Shown here piece after piece: positions 20,858 to 31,476 of a DNA stretch of 60,323 nucleotides. The stretch comes from Dehalococcoidales bacterium (GTDB taxonomy: Bacteria; Chloroflexota; Dehalococcoidia; Dehalococcoidales; Fen-1064). Every line of letters begins with the position of its first letter. Within the stretch, counting starts at the first letter, position 1. Location: assembly GCA_030654965.1 (NCBI GenBank), contig JAURWL010000256.1:1-60323 (forward strand). The letters are read 5' to 3'. A program made the translations under genes and the position numbers. The notes under the pieces are model-generated. The model had not been told where the DNA came from, searched no databases, and worked only from the letters and a program-made list of their open reading frames with translations.

Positions 20858-23635
20858 ATGTGGCATGATAAAACCATAACTGACGTTGTCAAATCTTTAG
20901 GCTCAAGTTTACATGGTTTGACATCTGATGAAGCGAAACGCCGGCTCGATGAAGTGGGACCCAATGAAATAAAACAGGAGAAAAAAATATCTCCTTGGGC
21001 TCTCCTTCTCAGTCAATTTAAAAGTATCCTTGTAATCATCCTACTGGTTGCTGTCGCTCTTTCGGCTGTCATCGGTATCGTGAACTGGGAGCCAGGTGCA
21101 GGTCTTCCGGAAGAAATCACAGACGCCATTGTGATTCTGGCTATCGTCATCGCCGTCGTCATTCTTGGTTTTATTCAAGAGTACCGCTCAGGGAAAGCCC
21201 TGGATGCCTTAAAAAAGATGGCGGCGCTGACTGCTACCGTCATTCGTGATGGCATTGAGAATGAAATTCCGGCATGGGAGCTTGTTCCCGGTGACATCGT
21301 AGTCTTAAGCACAGGCGATAGAATCCCCGCAGATTTACGCCTGATTGAATCCGCTAACCTCAGCACGCAGGAAGCCGCTCTCACCGGCGAATCTACCCCC
21401 ATTGAAAAAACTACTGCGGTCATTGACGGCATAGACATTTCTATCGGCGACCGTAAGAATATGGCTTACACCGGCACCGTGGTGACTTACGGTAGAGGCA
21501 GGGGTATTGTCGCAACTACCGGTATGCAAACCGAATTCGGCAAGATTGCCACCATGCTTCAAGACGTGGTGGAAGAAGAGACTCCTCTCCAGAAAAATCT
21601 GGGCAAAGTAGGCAAGATGCTCGGCATCGCCTGTATAGTTATTGTCGCAATTGTTGTGGTGATGAGCATCCTCAGAGGCCATATTACTTCCATAGACAAA
21701 ATTATGGACATGTTCATCTGGGGAGTCAGTCTGGCAGTTGCCGCCGTCCCGGAAGCTCTTCCGGCGGTTGTTGTTATCTCGCTCTCCATCGGCGTGCAAA
21801 AGATGGTAAAACGTCACGCTCTCGTCCGAAGGCTTTCGGCGGTTGAAACGCTCGGTTGCACTACTGTCATCTGCTCGGATAAAACCGGTACCCTGACGCA
21901 GGACCAGATGACAGTACGCCAAATCTATATAAACGGCAAACTGATTCATGTCACCGGCGCCGGTTACGAACCGAAAGGCGAATTTCAAATCGATGGTAAA
22001 CCTGTAAATCTTACGCAGGATACTACAACACAAACCCTGATGAAAATCAATACCCTCTGTAATGATACCCACCTGGTACAAACTGACGGCAAGTGGGAAA
22101 TCAAGGGAGACCCCACCGAAGGCGCCTTACTGGTTGTGGCGGCTAAAGCGGGTATCTCCCATGAGAAAGCAAATGAGGAATCACCACGGATTGATGAAAT
22201 CCCATTTTCGTCCGAGCGCAAACGGATGACCACTGTCCATCAGAGTCCTGAAGGTAGAGTTGCTTATTCCAAAGGCGCGCCGGAGATTGTCCTTGATGCC
22301 TGTTCTTCCATTCTGGAAAATGGTCAAATGAAACCACTCACCGAGCAAGAAAGAACGCGTATTCTGGATGGCGCCCGGTATATGGCAGAAGATGCACTAA
22401 GAGTACTGGGGATGGCGTACAAACCGCTTCAAAGTACAACAACCGATAAGAACGAATATGAGAAATCAATGGTTTTTGCAGGACTGGTGGGTATGATAGA
22501 CCCGCCGCGCCCTGAAGTAAAGGAAGCCATCAAACTCTGTGAAAAAGCCGGTATTAAGTCCGTAATGATTACCGGGGACCACAAGATTACAGCCAGCGCT
22601 ATTGCCCGGGAACTGGGAATTTTGAAGAACGGGATTGCTATCACCGGCGCCGAACTGGATAAACTGAGCGATGCCGAATATGAGAAGATGGTTGGCAATA
22701 TCGAAGTATACGCACGCGTCTCGCCATCCCATAAACTCAAAGTGATTGAAGCCTTCGGCAAACGCGGTGACGTGGTAGCTATGACCGGTGACGGCGTCAA
22801 TGATGCGCCCGCCCTGAAGAAGGCAGATATCGGTATAGCAATGGGCATTTCAGGCACTGATGTCAGCAAAGAAGCGGCAGCGATGGTTCTGACCGATGAT
22901 AATTTTGCTTCAATTGTCGCCGCCGTAGAAGAAGGCAGAGGTATCTTCCAGAACATAAAGAAATACTTAATGTTTTTGCTCTCTGCCAATGTCGGGGAAG
23001 TGCTCATTATGTTTATTGCCAGCTTACTGGCAATGCCTCTGCCGCTCGTGACTATACATTTGCTCTGGGTCAATCTCACCACAGATGGTCTACCTGCCCT
23101 AGCGCTAGCGGTCGACCCTAAAGACCCGGGCATCATGGAGCGTCCTCCTCGTGACCCCAAATCAAGTATTTTCACAAAGAACGTGCTTGTTACTATCGCT
23201 GTCATTGGTATCATCATGGCGGCAACGATGATTTCTATGTTTCTCTGGAAGCTCGGCACTGAAACCGGTTCCTGGCGCAATGCCAGCGACCTGCTGGTAG
23301 AAGAAGCACAGACTATGGTCCTGTGCACTATGGTTATCTTCGAGCTATTTACGGCGCTGGCTTGCCGCTCCGAAATTCACAGCTACTTTAAAATTGGAGT
23401 CTTCAGTAATAAGTGGCTTATCTACGCTAACCTCTCATCGCTGACGCTGTTACTGGCAATTCTCTATATTCCCGCTTTGCAGAATCCATTCCACGTGCTA
23501 CCCATCGGACTGGAGGATTGGATAGTTATTCTCCCGGTGTCCTTGACCGGCTTTGTAGCGGTGGAGCTTGTCAAGGTATTTTTCCGGCGCAGTGGCATGA
23601 ATAGAACTCCTGAAAAGAAAGAGGTAAATAAATGA
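20858..23635 (+). CDS. P-type ATPase, type IIA-like (probably Ca2+)
   Basis: LTGES, VPEALP, DKTGTLT, KGAPE, GDGVNDAPAL, SANVGE, LWVNLTTDG. Confidence 0.93.
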   Translation: MWHDKTITDVVKSLGSSLHGLTSDEAKRRLDEVGPNEIKQEKKISPWALLLSQFKSILVIILLVAVALSAVIGIVNWEPGAGLPEEITDAIVILAIVIAVVILGFIQEYRSGKALDALKKMAALTATVIRDGIENEIPAWELVPGDIVVLSTGDRIPADLRLIESANLSTQEAALTGESTPIEKTTAVIDGIDISIGDRKNMAYTGTVVTYGRGRGIVATTGMQTEFGKIATMLQDVVEEETPLQKNLGKVGKMLGIACIVIVAIVVVMSILRGHITSIDKIMDMFIWGVSLAVAAVPEALPAVVVISLSIGVQKMVKRHALVRRLSAVETLGCTTVICSDKTGTLTQDQMTVRQIYINGKLIHVTGAGYEPKGEFQIDGKPVNLTQDTTTQTLMKINTLCNDTHLVQTDGKWEIKGDPTEGALLVVAAKAGISHEKANEESPRIDEIPFSSERKRMTTVHQSPEGRVAYSKGAPEIVLDACSSILENGQMKPLTEQERTRILDGARYMAEDALRVLGMAYKPLQSTTTDKNEYEKSMVFAGLVGMIDPPRPEVKEAIKLCEKAGIKSVMITGDHKITASAIARELGILKNGIAITGAELDKLSDAEYEKMVGNIEVYARVSPSHKLKVIEAFGKRGDVVAMTGDGVNDAPALKKADIGIAMGISGTDVSKEAAAMVLTDDNFASIVAAVEEGRGIFQNIKKYLMFLLSANVGEVLIMFIASLLAMPLPLVTIHLLWVNLTTDGLPALALAVDPKDPGIMERPPRDPKSSIFTKNVLVTIAVIGIIMAATMISMFLWKLGTETGSWRNASDLLVEEAQTMVLCTMVIFELFTALACRSEIHSYFKIGVFSNKWLIYANLSSLTLLLAILYIPALQNPFHVLPIGLEDWIVILPVSLTGFVAVELVKVFFRRSGMNRTPEKKEVNK

Positions 23636-23781
23636 AAGACCTTGGTTTCGGGTTGACCATGACGGTTATGGGAATGGGGGTGACTTTCCTTACACTCTGT
23701 CTCCTGATTCTGATTATCCGTCTCCTCTCGAAATTATTCCCCTACAGAAAAGAAGAGGAAACGGGCAAGGAATCGAAATAA
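23632..23781 (+). CDS. oadG: OadG-family decarboxylase gamma subunit (49 aa, absent from the ORF track)
   Basis: MKDLGFGLTMTVMGMGVTFLTLCLLILIIRLLSKLFP...; ATGA overlap with the ATPase stop; directly before oadB. Confidence 0.8.
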   Translation: MKDLGFGLTMTVMGMGVTFLTLCLLILIIRLLSKLFPYRKEEETGKESK

Positions 23782-23802
23782 CGCCGACTCAGGGAGGTTC
23801 AC

Positions 23803-24936
23803 GTGGATATTTTCATTTCCGCGCTTCAATCACTGGGACAGGGCTTTGCCAATCTTTCCTGGCAGGCTGTCGTAATGATACTTATTGGCTGTATTCTGCT
23901 ATATCTGGCGATTGCCAAAAAAATTGAACCGCTTTTACTTTTACCTATCGGATTTGGCATTATTCTCGGGAACCTGCCCCTTGCCGGTTTGTCCGCTCAC
24001 GATGAGGGCGGGGTCATTAATCTGCTTTATCAGGGCGGCATTCTCACCGAAATATTTCCATGTCTTCTCTTTCTCGGCTTGGGCGCAATGATAGACTTCG
24101 GGCCCATGCTGGGCAATCCGGTTGTGCTCATTTTCGGCGCGGCCGGCCAGTTCGGTATTTTTCTGGTTCTACTCCTCGCCCTGGCTTTGGGTTTCCCGCG
24201 CAATGAGGCAGTCTCCATTGCAGTGATTGGCGCCTGTGATGGTCCCACCGCCATTTATGTTACCACCAAATTCGCGAGAGACCTGTTGCCGGCAGTCTCT
24301 ATCGCCGCTTACTCTTATATGTCGCTCGTCCCCATTATTCAACCTCCAATTATGAGAGCGATGACCACGAAAAAAGAACGTGCTACCCTGATGCCTCCCG
24401 GCGAGAAAAAGGTCTCCAAGAAAGTAAAAATCCTTTTCCCAATTGTAACCGGCATTGTGACCATTCTCATTGCTCCAATGGGCGCGCCACTGATGGGTAT
24501 GCTTATGCTCGGTAACCTGATGAAGGAATCCGGCGTCATCAGCAGGCTGGTTGATGTCTCGGAGAACACGCTGGCAAATCTGGTCACTCTTTTTCTGGGT
24601 TTGTGCATCGGGGCATCGATGCTTGGCGGTAATTTCCTGCGCTGGCAGACTATTCTGATTTTTGCACTCGGCGCCTTAGCCATTTCTCTCGATACTGTAA
24701 TGGGTGTTTTACTTGGCAAGCTAATGCGGGTGATTTCACACGGGAAAATTAATCCCCTGCTCGGCGCGGCCGGGACTTCTGCGTTTCCAATGTCAGCCCG
24801 TGTCGTGCAGAGAGAAGGACAGAAAGCAAATCCGCGCAGTTTCTTGCTATATCACGCCATAGGCGCCAACGCCGGCGGTCAGATTGGGTCGGTAATGGCG
24901 GCGGCAGTAATGTTAGCGATTATGTCAAATATCTGA
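23803..24936 (+). CDS. oadB: Na+-translocating decarboxylase beta subunit
   Basis: EPLLLLPIGFG, IGACDGPTAIY, AAYSYMSLVPIIQPP, NPLLGAAG, GANAGGQIGS. Confidence 0.93.
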   Translation: MDIFISALQSLGQGFANLSWQAVVMILIGCILLYLAIAKKIEPLLLLPIGFGIILGNLPLAGLSAHDEGGVINLLYQGGILTEIFPCLLFLGLGAMIDFGPMLGNPVVLIFGAAGQFGIFLVLLLALALGFPRNEAVSIAVIGACDGPTAIYVTTKFARDLLPAVSIAAYSYMSLVPIIQPPIMRAMTTKKERATLMPPGEKKVSKKVKILFPIVTGIVTILIAPMGAPLMGMLMLGNLMKESGVISRLVDVSENTLANLVTLFLGLCIGASMLGGNFLRWQTILIFALGALAISLDTVMGVLLGKLMRVISHGKINPLLGAAGTSAFPMSARVVQREGQKANPRSFLLYHAIGANAGGQIGSVMAAAVMLAIMSNI

Positions 24937-24963
24937 TGCATCAGGAAGAATCCCAGCACTTGG

Positions 24964-25944
24964 CTAGCCCGCTTTCTTGAGCTTTTTCAGTTCGTTTCTC
25001 GCATAAACAGCCGCACCCAGCACGCCGGAATTATCTCCCAGTTCTGCTAATGCAAATTTGACTACTTTGTAAGCATCATGGTATGAACGTCTGCCGGCTT
25101 CCCTGATGGCAGGTTCAAGAAGAGCATCGCCCATTTTTGACAGTCCGCCACCGAAAACAATGAGTTCCGGATTGAAGATATTGATAAGACTCCCCAAGCC
25201 GATTCCCAGATACCTCGCCGTTTCGGCAACGAGCTTTCTGGCAAGGGCATCTCCCTGCTCCGCCGCTTTCTTTATCAGAAGGGCGTCAATTTTGTCCAAA
25301 TCACCACCGGCGATTTTCAGAAGTCGCGTTTTTCTCCCTTGTTGAATTTTTTCACGCGCCCGTCGTGCGATTGCCGACCCGGAAGCGTAAAGCTCCCAGC
25401 AACCTACCCCTCCGCAGTTGCAGGGCATGCCATCCGGTTCCACGACAATGTGCCCCACTTCTCCAGCCATGCCGGTTGCCCCGGTATACAGCTCGCCATC
25501 GATAATAATGCCACCGCCAATCCCGGTGCTGATAGTAATATAGATAAAGTTCCGGCAACCTTTTGCCACTCCGTACTCCATCTCTCCCAGCGCCGCCGCA
25601 TTGGCATCGTTGATAAGAAAGACCTTTTTCTTCAAGGCATTAGCTACGATATCTCTCAGTGGGACGTGATGCCAGTCGGGTAAATTGGGCGACCGGTAAA
25701 TAATACCTGTCTCCGGATTTGAAATACCCGGCGCTCCCAGCCCGATGGCGGCAATTTGCGCAAGGGGAATCTGTGATTTTTCTGTCGCCGCGCGCGCTGA
25801 TTTCAGAATGTTATTGACAACGGCATTGATACCCTCCTCTGCTTGGGTCGGACGGTAGTCGCTGGCGAGGATTTTACCGTGTGCATCAACTACAGCACTT
25901 AGTATTTTACTGCCGCCAAGGTCAACGCCAATGACAATGGGTAT
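24964..25944 (-). CDS. ROK family glucokinase; start codon uncertain (ATA at 25944 proposed)
   Basis: Frame is open from 25959: IPIVIGVDLGGSKI...GLGAPG...NDANAAALGE...STGIGGG...GEVGH...CNCGGVGCWE. The ORF track start (TTG 25635) drops the N-terminal ATP-binding motif. Confidence 0.85.
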   Translation of the reverse strand: MPIVIGVDLGGSKILSAVVDAHGKILASDYRPTQAEEGINAVVNNILKSARAATEKSQIPLAQIAAIGLGAPGISNPETGIIYRSPNLPDWHHVPLRDIVANALKKKVFLINDANAAALGEMEYGVAKGCRNFIYITISTGIGGGIIIDGELYTGATGMAGEVGHIVVEPDGMPCNCGGVGCWELYASGSAIARRAREKIQQGRKTRLLKIAGGDLDKIDALLIKKAAEQGDALARKLVAETARYLGIGLGSLINIFNPELIVFGGGLSKMGDALLEPAIREAGRRSYHDAYKVVKFALAELGDNSGVLGAAVYARNELKKLKKAG

Positions 25945-25959
25945 GTTTCTCCCCGTCGC

Positions 25960-27030
25960 CTATCCCCCCTGATAATCTGCCATATACTGCTTAATGAAAT
26001 CGATTACCGGAACAGGTGTGGGGTCTACCCGATTGAGAATCGCTAGATAGTAGCTGGTGAAATCCCCGAAGAGAATAAGGCTGAGTATTTGCGTAAACGT
26101 GTTTTCGCCGGCACCATCGATCACTTCATAGGGCAATTCGTTATCTTCCAGAATTTTGATGACTGCCTCATACTGGACTTTTATACGTGGATTAAGTGAG
26201 GGCACCCGCAAGAGAATTGTGAACAACCTTTTTTTTGCCTGAGGCGGAAAGGAATAACCGACAATAGCATTGTGAATTAATTCGGGAAAGATTTCAAAAA
26301 ACGCCCAGTTTTTGCTGTTTTCATTGAACTGTGTCTTCCAGCGCCGAGCAACACCTGTGAGCACCCCCGCTCCATATGTCACGATAATATTCTCGTGAAG
26401 TTTTTCTGCCAGCTTCTTAGCCGGGTTGGATTCGTGGGGCACTGTGATATCCAGTTCATCAACCATCTGAGTCAAAAAAGAAATGGATTGTTGCATATCC
26501 GCCGATTTTTCAGTTAGAAGTCCCAGTTTATTGAATATGCCGACCAGTGAAGCAAACATATAGGGGAAGGTAGCCCGCGGCGGCGCAGGGTAGTCAATGA
26601 TTGAGATAAATACATTCTCTTTCTGTGCTAAATCACCAAGTTTACCCCCGCCAGTTAATACCAGCTTCTTGGCTGGCGTCTGAACCAACTGGTGGAAAGC
26701 GGAAAGTGTCTCTTCCGTGTTGCCTGAGTAGCTAACCGCGATTACCAGAGTCCTTTCGTCAACAAAGCGCGGCAGGTCAAAATCACGGCAGACCCAGACC
26801 GGCACGGCGCTTTCCGTCATCAGCAAGTTGCTCACCACCTCCCCACCGATTGCTGAACCACCCATCCCCAAAATAACGACCTTATTGACTTGCGCATAAT
26901 CAGAAGGCAATCCGTAGTTCATCACTTTGTTCCAAGCGCTATGACACTGCTCAGGAAAATGTTTCAAATGGCTCAACATTCCGGACGGGTCCTGTTTCCT
27001 ATGAACCGAAAGGCTATCCAAATTGACCAT
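25960..27030 (-). CDS. Bifunctional phosphoglucose/phosphomannose isomerase
   Basis: GMGGSAIGG, SYSGNTEET, RWKTQFNENSK, PELIHN, VDPTPV. Confidence 0.92.
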   Translation of the reverse strand: MVNLDSLSVHRKQDPSGMLSHLKHFPEQCHSAWNKVMNYGLPSDYAQVNKVVILGMGGSAIGGEVVSNLLMTESAVPVWVCRDFDLPRFVDERTLVIAVSYSGNTEETLSAFHQLVQTPAKKLVLTGGGKLGDLAQKENVFISIIDYPAPPRATFPYMFASLVGIFNKLGLLTEKSADMQQSISFLTQMVDELDITVPHESNPAKKLAEKLHENIIVTYGAGVLTGVARRWKTQFNENSKNWAFFEIFPELIHNAIVGYSFPPQAKKRLFTILLRVPSLNPRIKVQYEAVIKILEDNELPYEVIDGAGENTFTQILSLILFGDFTSYYLAILNRVDPTPVPVIDFIKQYMADYQGG

Positions 27031-27172
27031 ATCGTCTCCTTACATTCTGTCTTAATGCTGTCTATAATGTAACCTATAGTGGTCTGAAACTCAACCCCCA
27101 ATTGTTGGTGTAAAATAACCAACCGTTTAAGCTATACTATAATAAATACTCGTTACGCTGGAGGAGATAAGG

Positions 27173-29305
27173 GTGCTCAATAAAGTATTACCAGAAAGGA
27201 TTAGTCGGCTGGAAGAGCTGGCAAATAATCTTTGGGTAAGCTGGCATCCACAGGGTCGTGCCGTTTTTCGCGCTATAAATTACCCACTGTGGCGGACCAG
27301 CGGTCACAATCCGGTTAGGGAATTGTATGATACCCCATCCGAACGTCTGAATGAACTTGTCAATGACTCCTCTTTCCTGACTCTCTACGATATCGCGATT
27401 GCGACATTTGATAGAGACATGATTAACGGTCACTGCTGGTTCGTAAATAAGCACGGAGGAAAACTGGCGGGTCCTGTAGCCTATTTTTCCGCAGAATTTG
27501 CCTTCCATAATTCCCTGCCTATTTATGCCGGTGGTTTGGGCGTTCTCGCCGGAGATATTGTGAAAGAAGCTTCTGATATCGGACTGCCTATGTCTGCAAT
27601 TGGACTGATGTATCCCCAAGGTTATTTTCACCAGCGCTTTTCGGCAGAAGGCTGGCAGGAAGAAATTTACGAACAACTGGATTTTGACCGCTCGCCCATT
27701 ACTCCCTGCCCATGGCCACAGGGATGCGGACCTCTGATACAAATACAATTTGGCGACCGCCCTCTCTACCTCGGCGTCTGGCTCGTTAAGGTAGGACGCA
27801 TCAATGTCTACCTACTGGATACCAATGTCGAGATGAATTCACCTGCCGACCGCCAGCTCTCCGCCCGCCTCTATTCCGCCGACCGCGAACAACGTCTCCA
27901 ACAGGAAATTGTCCTTGGTATTGGCGGTGTACGCGCCCTCCGAACGCTCGGCATCGAACCTTCCGTCTGGCACGGCAACGAAGGTCATACTTCCTTCATG
28001 ATGCTGGAACGGGTAAGAGAAGAAATTGAGAAAGGCTCTTCTTATGTGAAAGCACTGGAGCATGTTCGTAGCACTACTGTCTTTACCACACATACTCCTG
28101 TTCCTGCCGGTACCGATGTTTTCCCGGATAATCTCATGGATAAGTATTTCCGTGGATTCTGGAGTCAGATGGGCATTGACCGCAGCACTTTCTTGAAATT
28201 GGGACAGCATAACGGCGCTCAGGACTCAGATTTCAATATGACCATTCTTGCCCTTAAACTCGCCAGGCACATTAACGGTGTCAGCAAGATTCACGGGAAG
28301 GTATCACGTAAAATGTGGCATATCATCTGGCCCGACCTTTTTGAAGATGATGTACCAATCACCTACGTTACTAATGGTGTTCACCTGCCCACCTGGATGG
28401 ATTCTGAAATGTACCGCCTAGTTGATAAACACACTGGTATTTCACTGGTAGAAAATCAGGATAGCCCGAAGCTATGTGAACAAATTGCCAGTATCCCCGA
28501 TGAACAGCTCTGGGGATGTCACCAAGACCTGAAACGCAAGCTTTTCCACGTCATTCAGGAACGTGTTCAACAGAGATGGGCAAGCGGCACTGGCGATGCA
28601 GAACAGGCAATCGCCATGGGGGCTTTGCTCGATTCGGATGCGCTGACTATCGGGTTTGTGCGCCGTTTTGTGGAATACAAACGTCCAACCCTTCTTTTTC
28701 ATGATATCGAGCGACTCAAAAAAATCGTGGGGGATAAGTGGCGTCCGATTCAAATCATTTTTGCCGGTAAATCACATCCGGCGGATTTCCCATCCAAACA
28801 CCTTCTCCATAAGGTCTATTCCATGGCGTTGGACCGCGATTTTCAGGGTCGTATCGCTTTTGTGGAAGACTACGATATTCACATCGCTCACTATCTGGTG
28901 CAGGGTGTTGATGTCTGGCTTAATACACCCCACCGTCTTGAGGAAGCCTCAGGCACCAGCGGTATGAAGGCGGGAATGAATGGCGTTCCCAATCTGAGCG
29001 TTGCTGCCGGCTGGTGGGATGAAGGCTATAATGGTCAAAACGGCTGGCTAATAGGTGAGCGCCTTAGTGAATCTTCTTTGCCAAAAGATGACGATGAAAG
29101 AGACGCCACAGAGCTTTACAGATTAATCGAACAGGAAATCGCTCCGCTCTACTATCAGCGTGATAACAACGATGTGCCTCAAGGCTGGGTTAAGATGATG
29201 AAGGAATCCATCAAATCTATCGTTCCGGCATTCAGCACAAAGCGAGCGGTTAAAGAATATACGGAAAAGATGTATCTCCCGGCTGTCCAGGTCACTGTCA
29301 AATAA
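27173..29305 (+). CDS. glgP: Alpha-glucan (glycogen) phosphorylase
   Basis: YAGGLGVLAGD, NEGH, FTTHTPV, TNGVH, EASGTSGMKA (PLP lysine). Confidence 0.95.
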   Translation: MLNKVLPERISRLEELANNLWVSWHPQGRAVFRAINYPLWRTSGHNPVRELYDTPSERLNELVNDSSFLTLYDIAIATFDRDMINGHCWFVNKHGGKLAGPVAYFSAEFAFHNSLPIYAGGLGVLAGDIVKEASDIGLPMSAIGLMYPQGYFHQRFSAEGWQEEIYEQLDFDRSPITPCPWPQGCGPLIQIQFGDRPLYLGVWLVKVGRINVYLLDTNVEMNSPADRQLSARLYSADREQRLQQEIVLGIGGVRALRTLGIEPSVWHGNEGHTSFMMLERVREEIEKGSSYVKALEHVRSTTVFTTHTPVPAGTDVFPDNLMDKYFRGFWSQMGIDRSTFLKLGQHNGAQDSDFNMTILALKLARHINGVSKIHGKVSRKMWHIIWPDLFEDDVPITYVTNGVHLPTWMDSEMYRLVDKHTGISLVENQDSPKLCEQIASIPDEQLWGCHQDLKRKLFHVIQERVQQRWASGTGDAEQAIAMGALLDSDALTIGFVRRFVEYKRPTLLFHDIERLKKIVGDKWRPIQIIFAGKSHPADFPSKHLLHKVYSMALDRDFQGRIAFVEDYDIHIAHYLVQGVDVWLNTPHRLEEASGTSGMKAGMNGVPNLSVAAGWWDEGYNGQNGWLIGERLSESSLPKDDDERDATELYRLIEQEIAPLYYQRDNNDVPQGWVKMMKESIKSIVPAFSTKRAVKEYTEKMYLPAVQVTVK

Positions 29306-29325
29306 AAAGGCAATGGAGACAAGAC

Positions 29326-31476
29326 TTGCCTGCCGAAACAGGACTGCTCCTGAAACTGGCACAGCTTTACGGTATCCAAACAGCTTACTACGGTAGCGAC
29401 CGCAAACGAAATCCGGCGCAGGCTGAATCATTACTGGCTATCATGAAATCGCTGGGTGCGCCGGTTTCCTCACTAAATGACCTGCCCCTTGCTTACTATG
29501 CTCGGAAACGATGGCTCTACCAGAGAATCATTGAGCCAGTTATCGTTGCCTGGGACGGCAAACTGGAATCCATCATAGTACGTTTGCCGAGCACTATCAC
29601 GGGAAACCTGTATAACATTCGTTTAATTCTGGAAGATGGCACACAAAGCGAATGGCAATTGTCTGCCGGAGATGTGCCTGCCATTCGGCGAATGGAAGTT
29701 GATAACTCCGTATATTATGAAAAAAAGTTACCATTGAACAAAAAAATTCCCTTGGGTTATCACCATCTCACTATAGAGACACACGGTCATCGGGCAGAAA
29801 CCCTTATCCTTTCCGCACCTGTAAAAGCTTATATCACAAGCAATAATGAGCGTCAGTGGGGCGTTTTCATGCCGCTGTACTCCCTTCATTCCAGACAAAA
29901 CTGGGGAACCGGAAATTTCTCAGATATGAAAGAATTCACAGGCTGGGTGGGAGGCTCAGGAGGGAACTCGATTGCGACTTTACCCTTGCTGGCGACTTTT
30001 TTAGAAAAACCCTGTGAACCCAGCCCCTATCTCCCCGTCAGTAAACTCTTCTGGAATGAATTTTTTATAGACGTCACCCGTGTGCCGGAACTACCTGAAT
30101 GCCCGGACGCACAGGTGCGAATCGACTCTCTGTCATTTCAGCAAGCGGTTGCATCATTTCGACGGGCTCGTCTGGTTGACTATTTCCAGCAAATGGCATT
30201 GAAGAGAACTGTCCTTGCAAAGCTATGCCAGCGCTTCTTTTCTAATGATTCGACTCGTTACCGGAATTTTATGCAATTCATTGCTCATCACCCGGATATG
30301 GAAGAATACGCGCGTTTCCGTGCAGTTATGGAGAAGCAGAATAAACCCTGGCATCAGTGGCAAAATCGACTTCAAAACGGTAACCTTAAAACCAGTGATT
30401 ATGATGAACAGACAAGGCAATATCACCTCTACGTGCAGTGGCTGGCTCACGAACAGATATGTGATGTGACACAACATGCATCCGGGAAAGGGGTGCGTTT
30501 ATACCTTGACCTACCGCTCGGCACACACCCGGATGGCTTTGATACTTGGCGCTACCGTGATATCTTTGTGAATGGAGTTTCGGTAGGCGCGCCGCCGGAC
30601 ACGGTTTTCACACGCGGGCAGAACTGGACATTTCCGCCTTTGCACCCGGATAGCATTCGGGAAACAGGTTATGCATACGTAATCGCCTACCTGCGTCATC
30701 ACCTCCAGTTTGCTAAAACCCTGCGTATCGACCACATAATGGGATTGCATCGTCTTTTCTTTATTCCCATAGAACTTAAGTCGAGTCAGGGTATGTACGT
30801 CCGCTACCATCCAGAAGAATTGTATGCCATTCTCTCAATTGAATCACATCGTCATCAGAGTGCCATCGTTGGTGAAGACCTGGGCATTGTCCCGCGTGTA
30901 GTGCGTGCCACAATGAACCATCACGGTCTTCAGCGTATGTGGGTAATGCACTACGAGCTGGCAGGAAACACCCAACCATTACTCTCCAATCCTCACCCGC
31001 ATTCGGTTGTCAGTCTGAATACCCACGACATGCCTCCGTTTGCTTCCTTCTGGACAGGGCAGGATATCACCGACCGTGCGCGGACAGGGATTATCACCGA
31101 GGCAATGGCTCGTAAAGAGAGAGCAATCCGCGCTATCGTCAAAAAAAGGCTGGTTAATTTCCTTAAAAAACGAGGGCTATTAAGCGGACAACCCGATACG
31201 TCTGCTGTTTTGAAAGGATGCCTATCATTTTTAGCCGCAAGTCGCTCCCGATTGCTCTTGGTTAACATGGAAGACCTCTGGCTGGAAACCAATGCCCAGA
31301 ATATTCCCAGCACCACCACGGAACACCCCAACTGGCTTAGGAAAGCCCGCCTCAGTTTTGAATCTTTTTGTCAAATGCCCCAGATTGCGACTATACTAAG
31401 GGAGATAAACCGTCTCCGGTCGGGTGAGGGAAGTGAACGTGTCGCCAGAGAAACAGAGAAAGGAAACCATGCATGA
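29326..31476 (+). CDS. malQ: 4-alpha-glucanotransferase (GH77)
   Basis: SPYLP, LYLDLPLG, GAPPD, GQNW, RIDHIMG, GEDLG, THD. Confidence 0.93.
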   Translation: MPAETGLLLKLAQLYGIQTAYYGSDRKRNPAQAESLLAIMKSLGAPVSSLNDLPLAYYARKRWLYQRIIEPVIVAWDGKLESIIVRLPSTITGNLYNIRLILEDGTQSEWQLSAGDVPAIRRMEVDNSVYYEKKLPLNKKIPLGYHHLTIETHGHRAETLILSAPVKAYITSNNERQWGVFMPLYSLHSRQNWGTGNFSDMKEFTGWVGGSGGNSIATLPLLATFLEKPCEPSPYLPVSKLFWNEFFIDVTRVPELPECPDAQVRIDSLSFQQAVASFRRARLVDYFQQMALKRTVLAKLCQRFFSNDSTRYRNFMQFIAHHPDMEEYARFRAVMEKQNKPWHQWQNRLQNGNLKTSDYDEQTRQYHLYVQWLAHEQICDVTQHASGKGVRLYLDLPLGTHPDGFDTWRYRDIFVNGVSVGAPPDTVFTRGQNWTFPPLHPDSIRETGYAYVIAYLRHHLQFAKTLRIDHIMGLHRLFFIPIELKSSQGMYVRYHPEELYAILSIESHRHQSAIVGEDLGIVPRVVRATMNHHGLQRMWVMHYELAGNTQPLLSNPHPHSVVSLNTHDMPPFASFWTGQDITDRARTGIITEAMARKERAIRAIVKKRLVNFLKKRGLLSGQPDTSAVLKGCLSFLAASRSRLLLVNMEDLWLETNAQNIPSTTTEHPNWLRKARLSFESFCQMPQIATILREINRLRSGEGSERVARETEKGNHA

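Noticed and set aside
21335-23328. Long minus-strand ORFs (248 and 299 aa)
   Set aside because: Antisense shadows of the P-type ATPase with no recognisable motifs; the same applies to similar shadows over ftsZ, the S41 peptidase and glgP.
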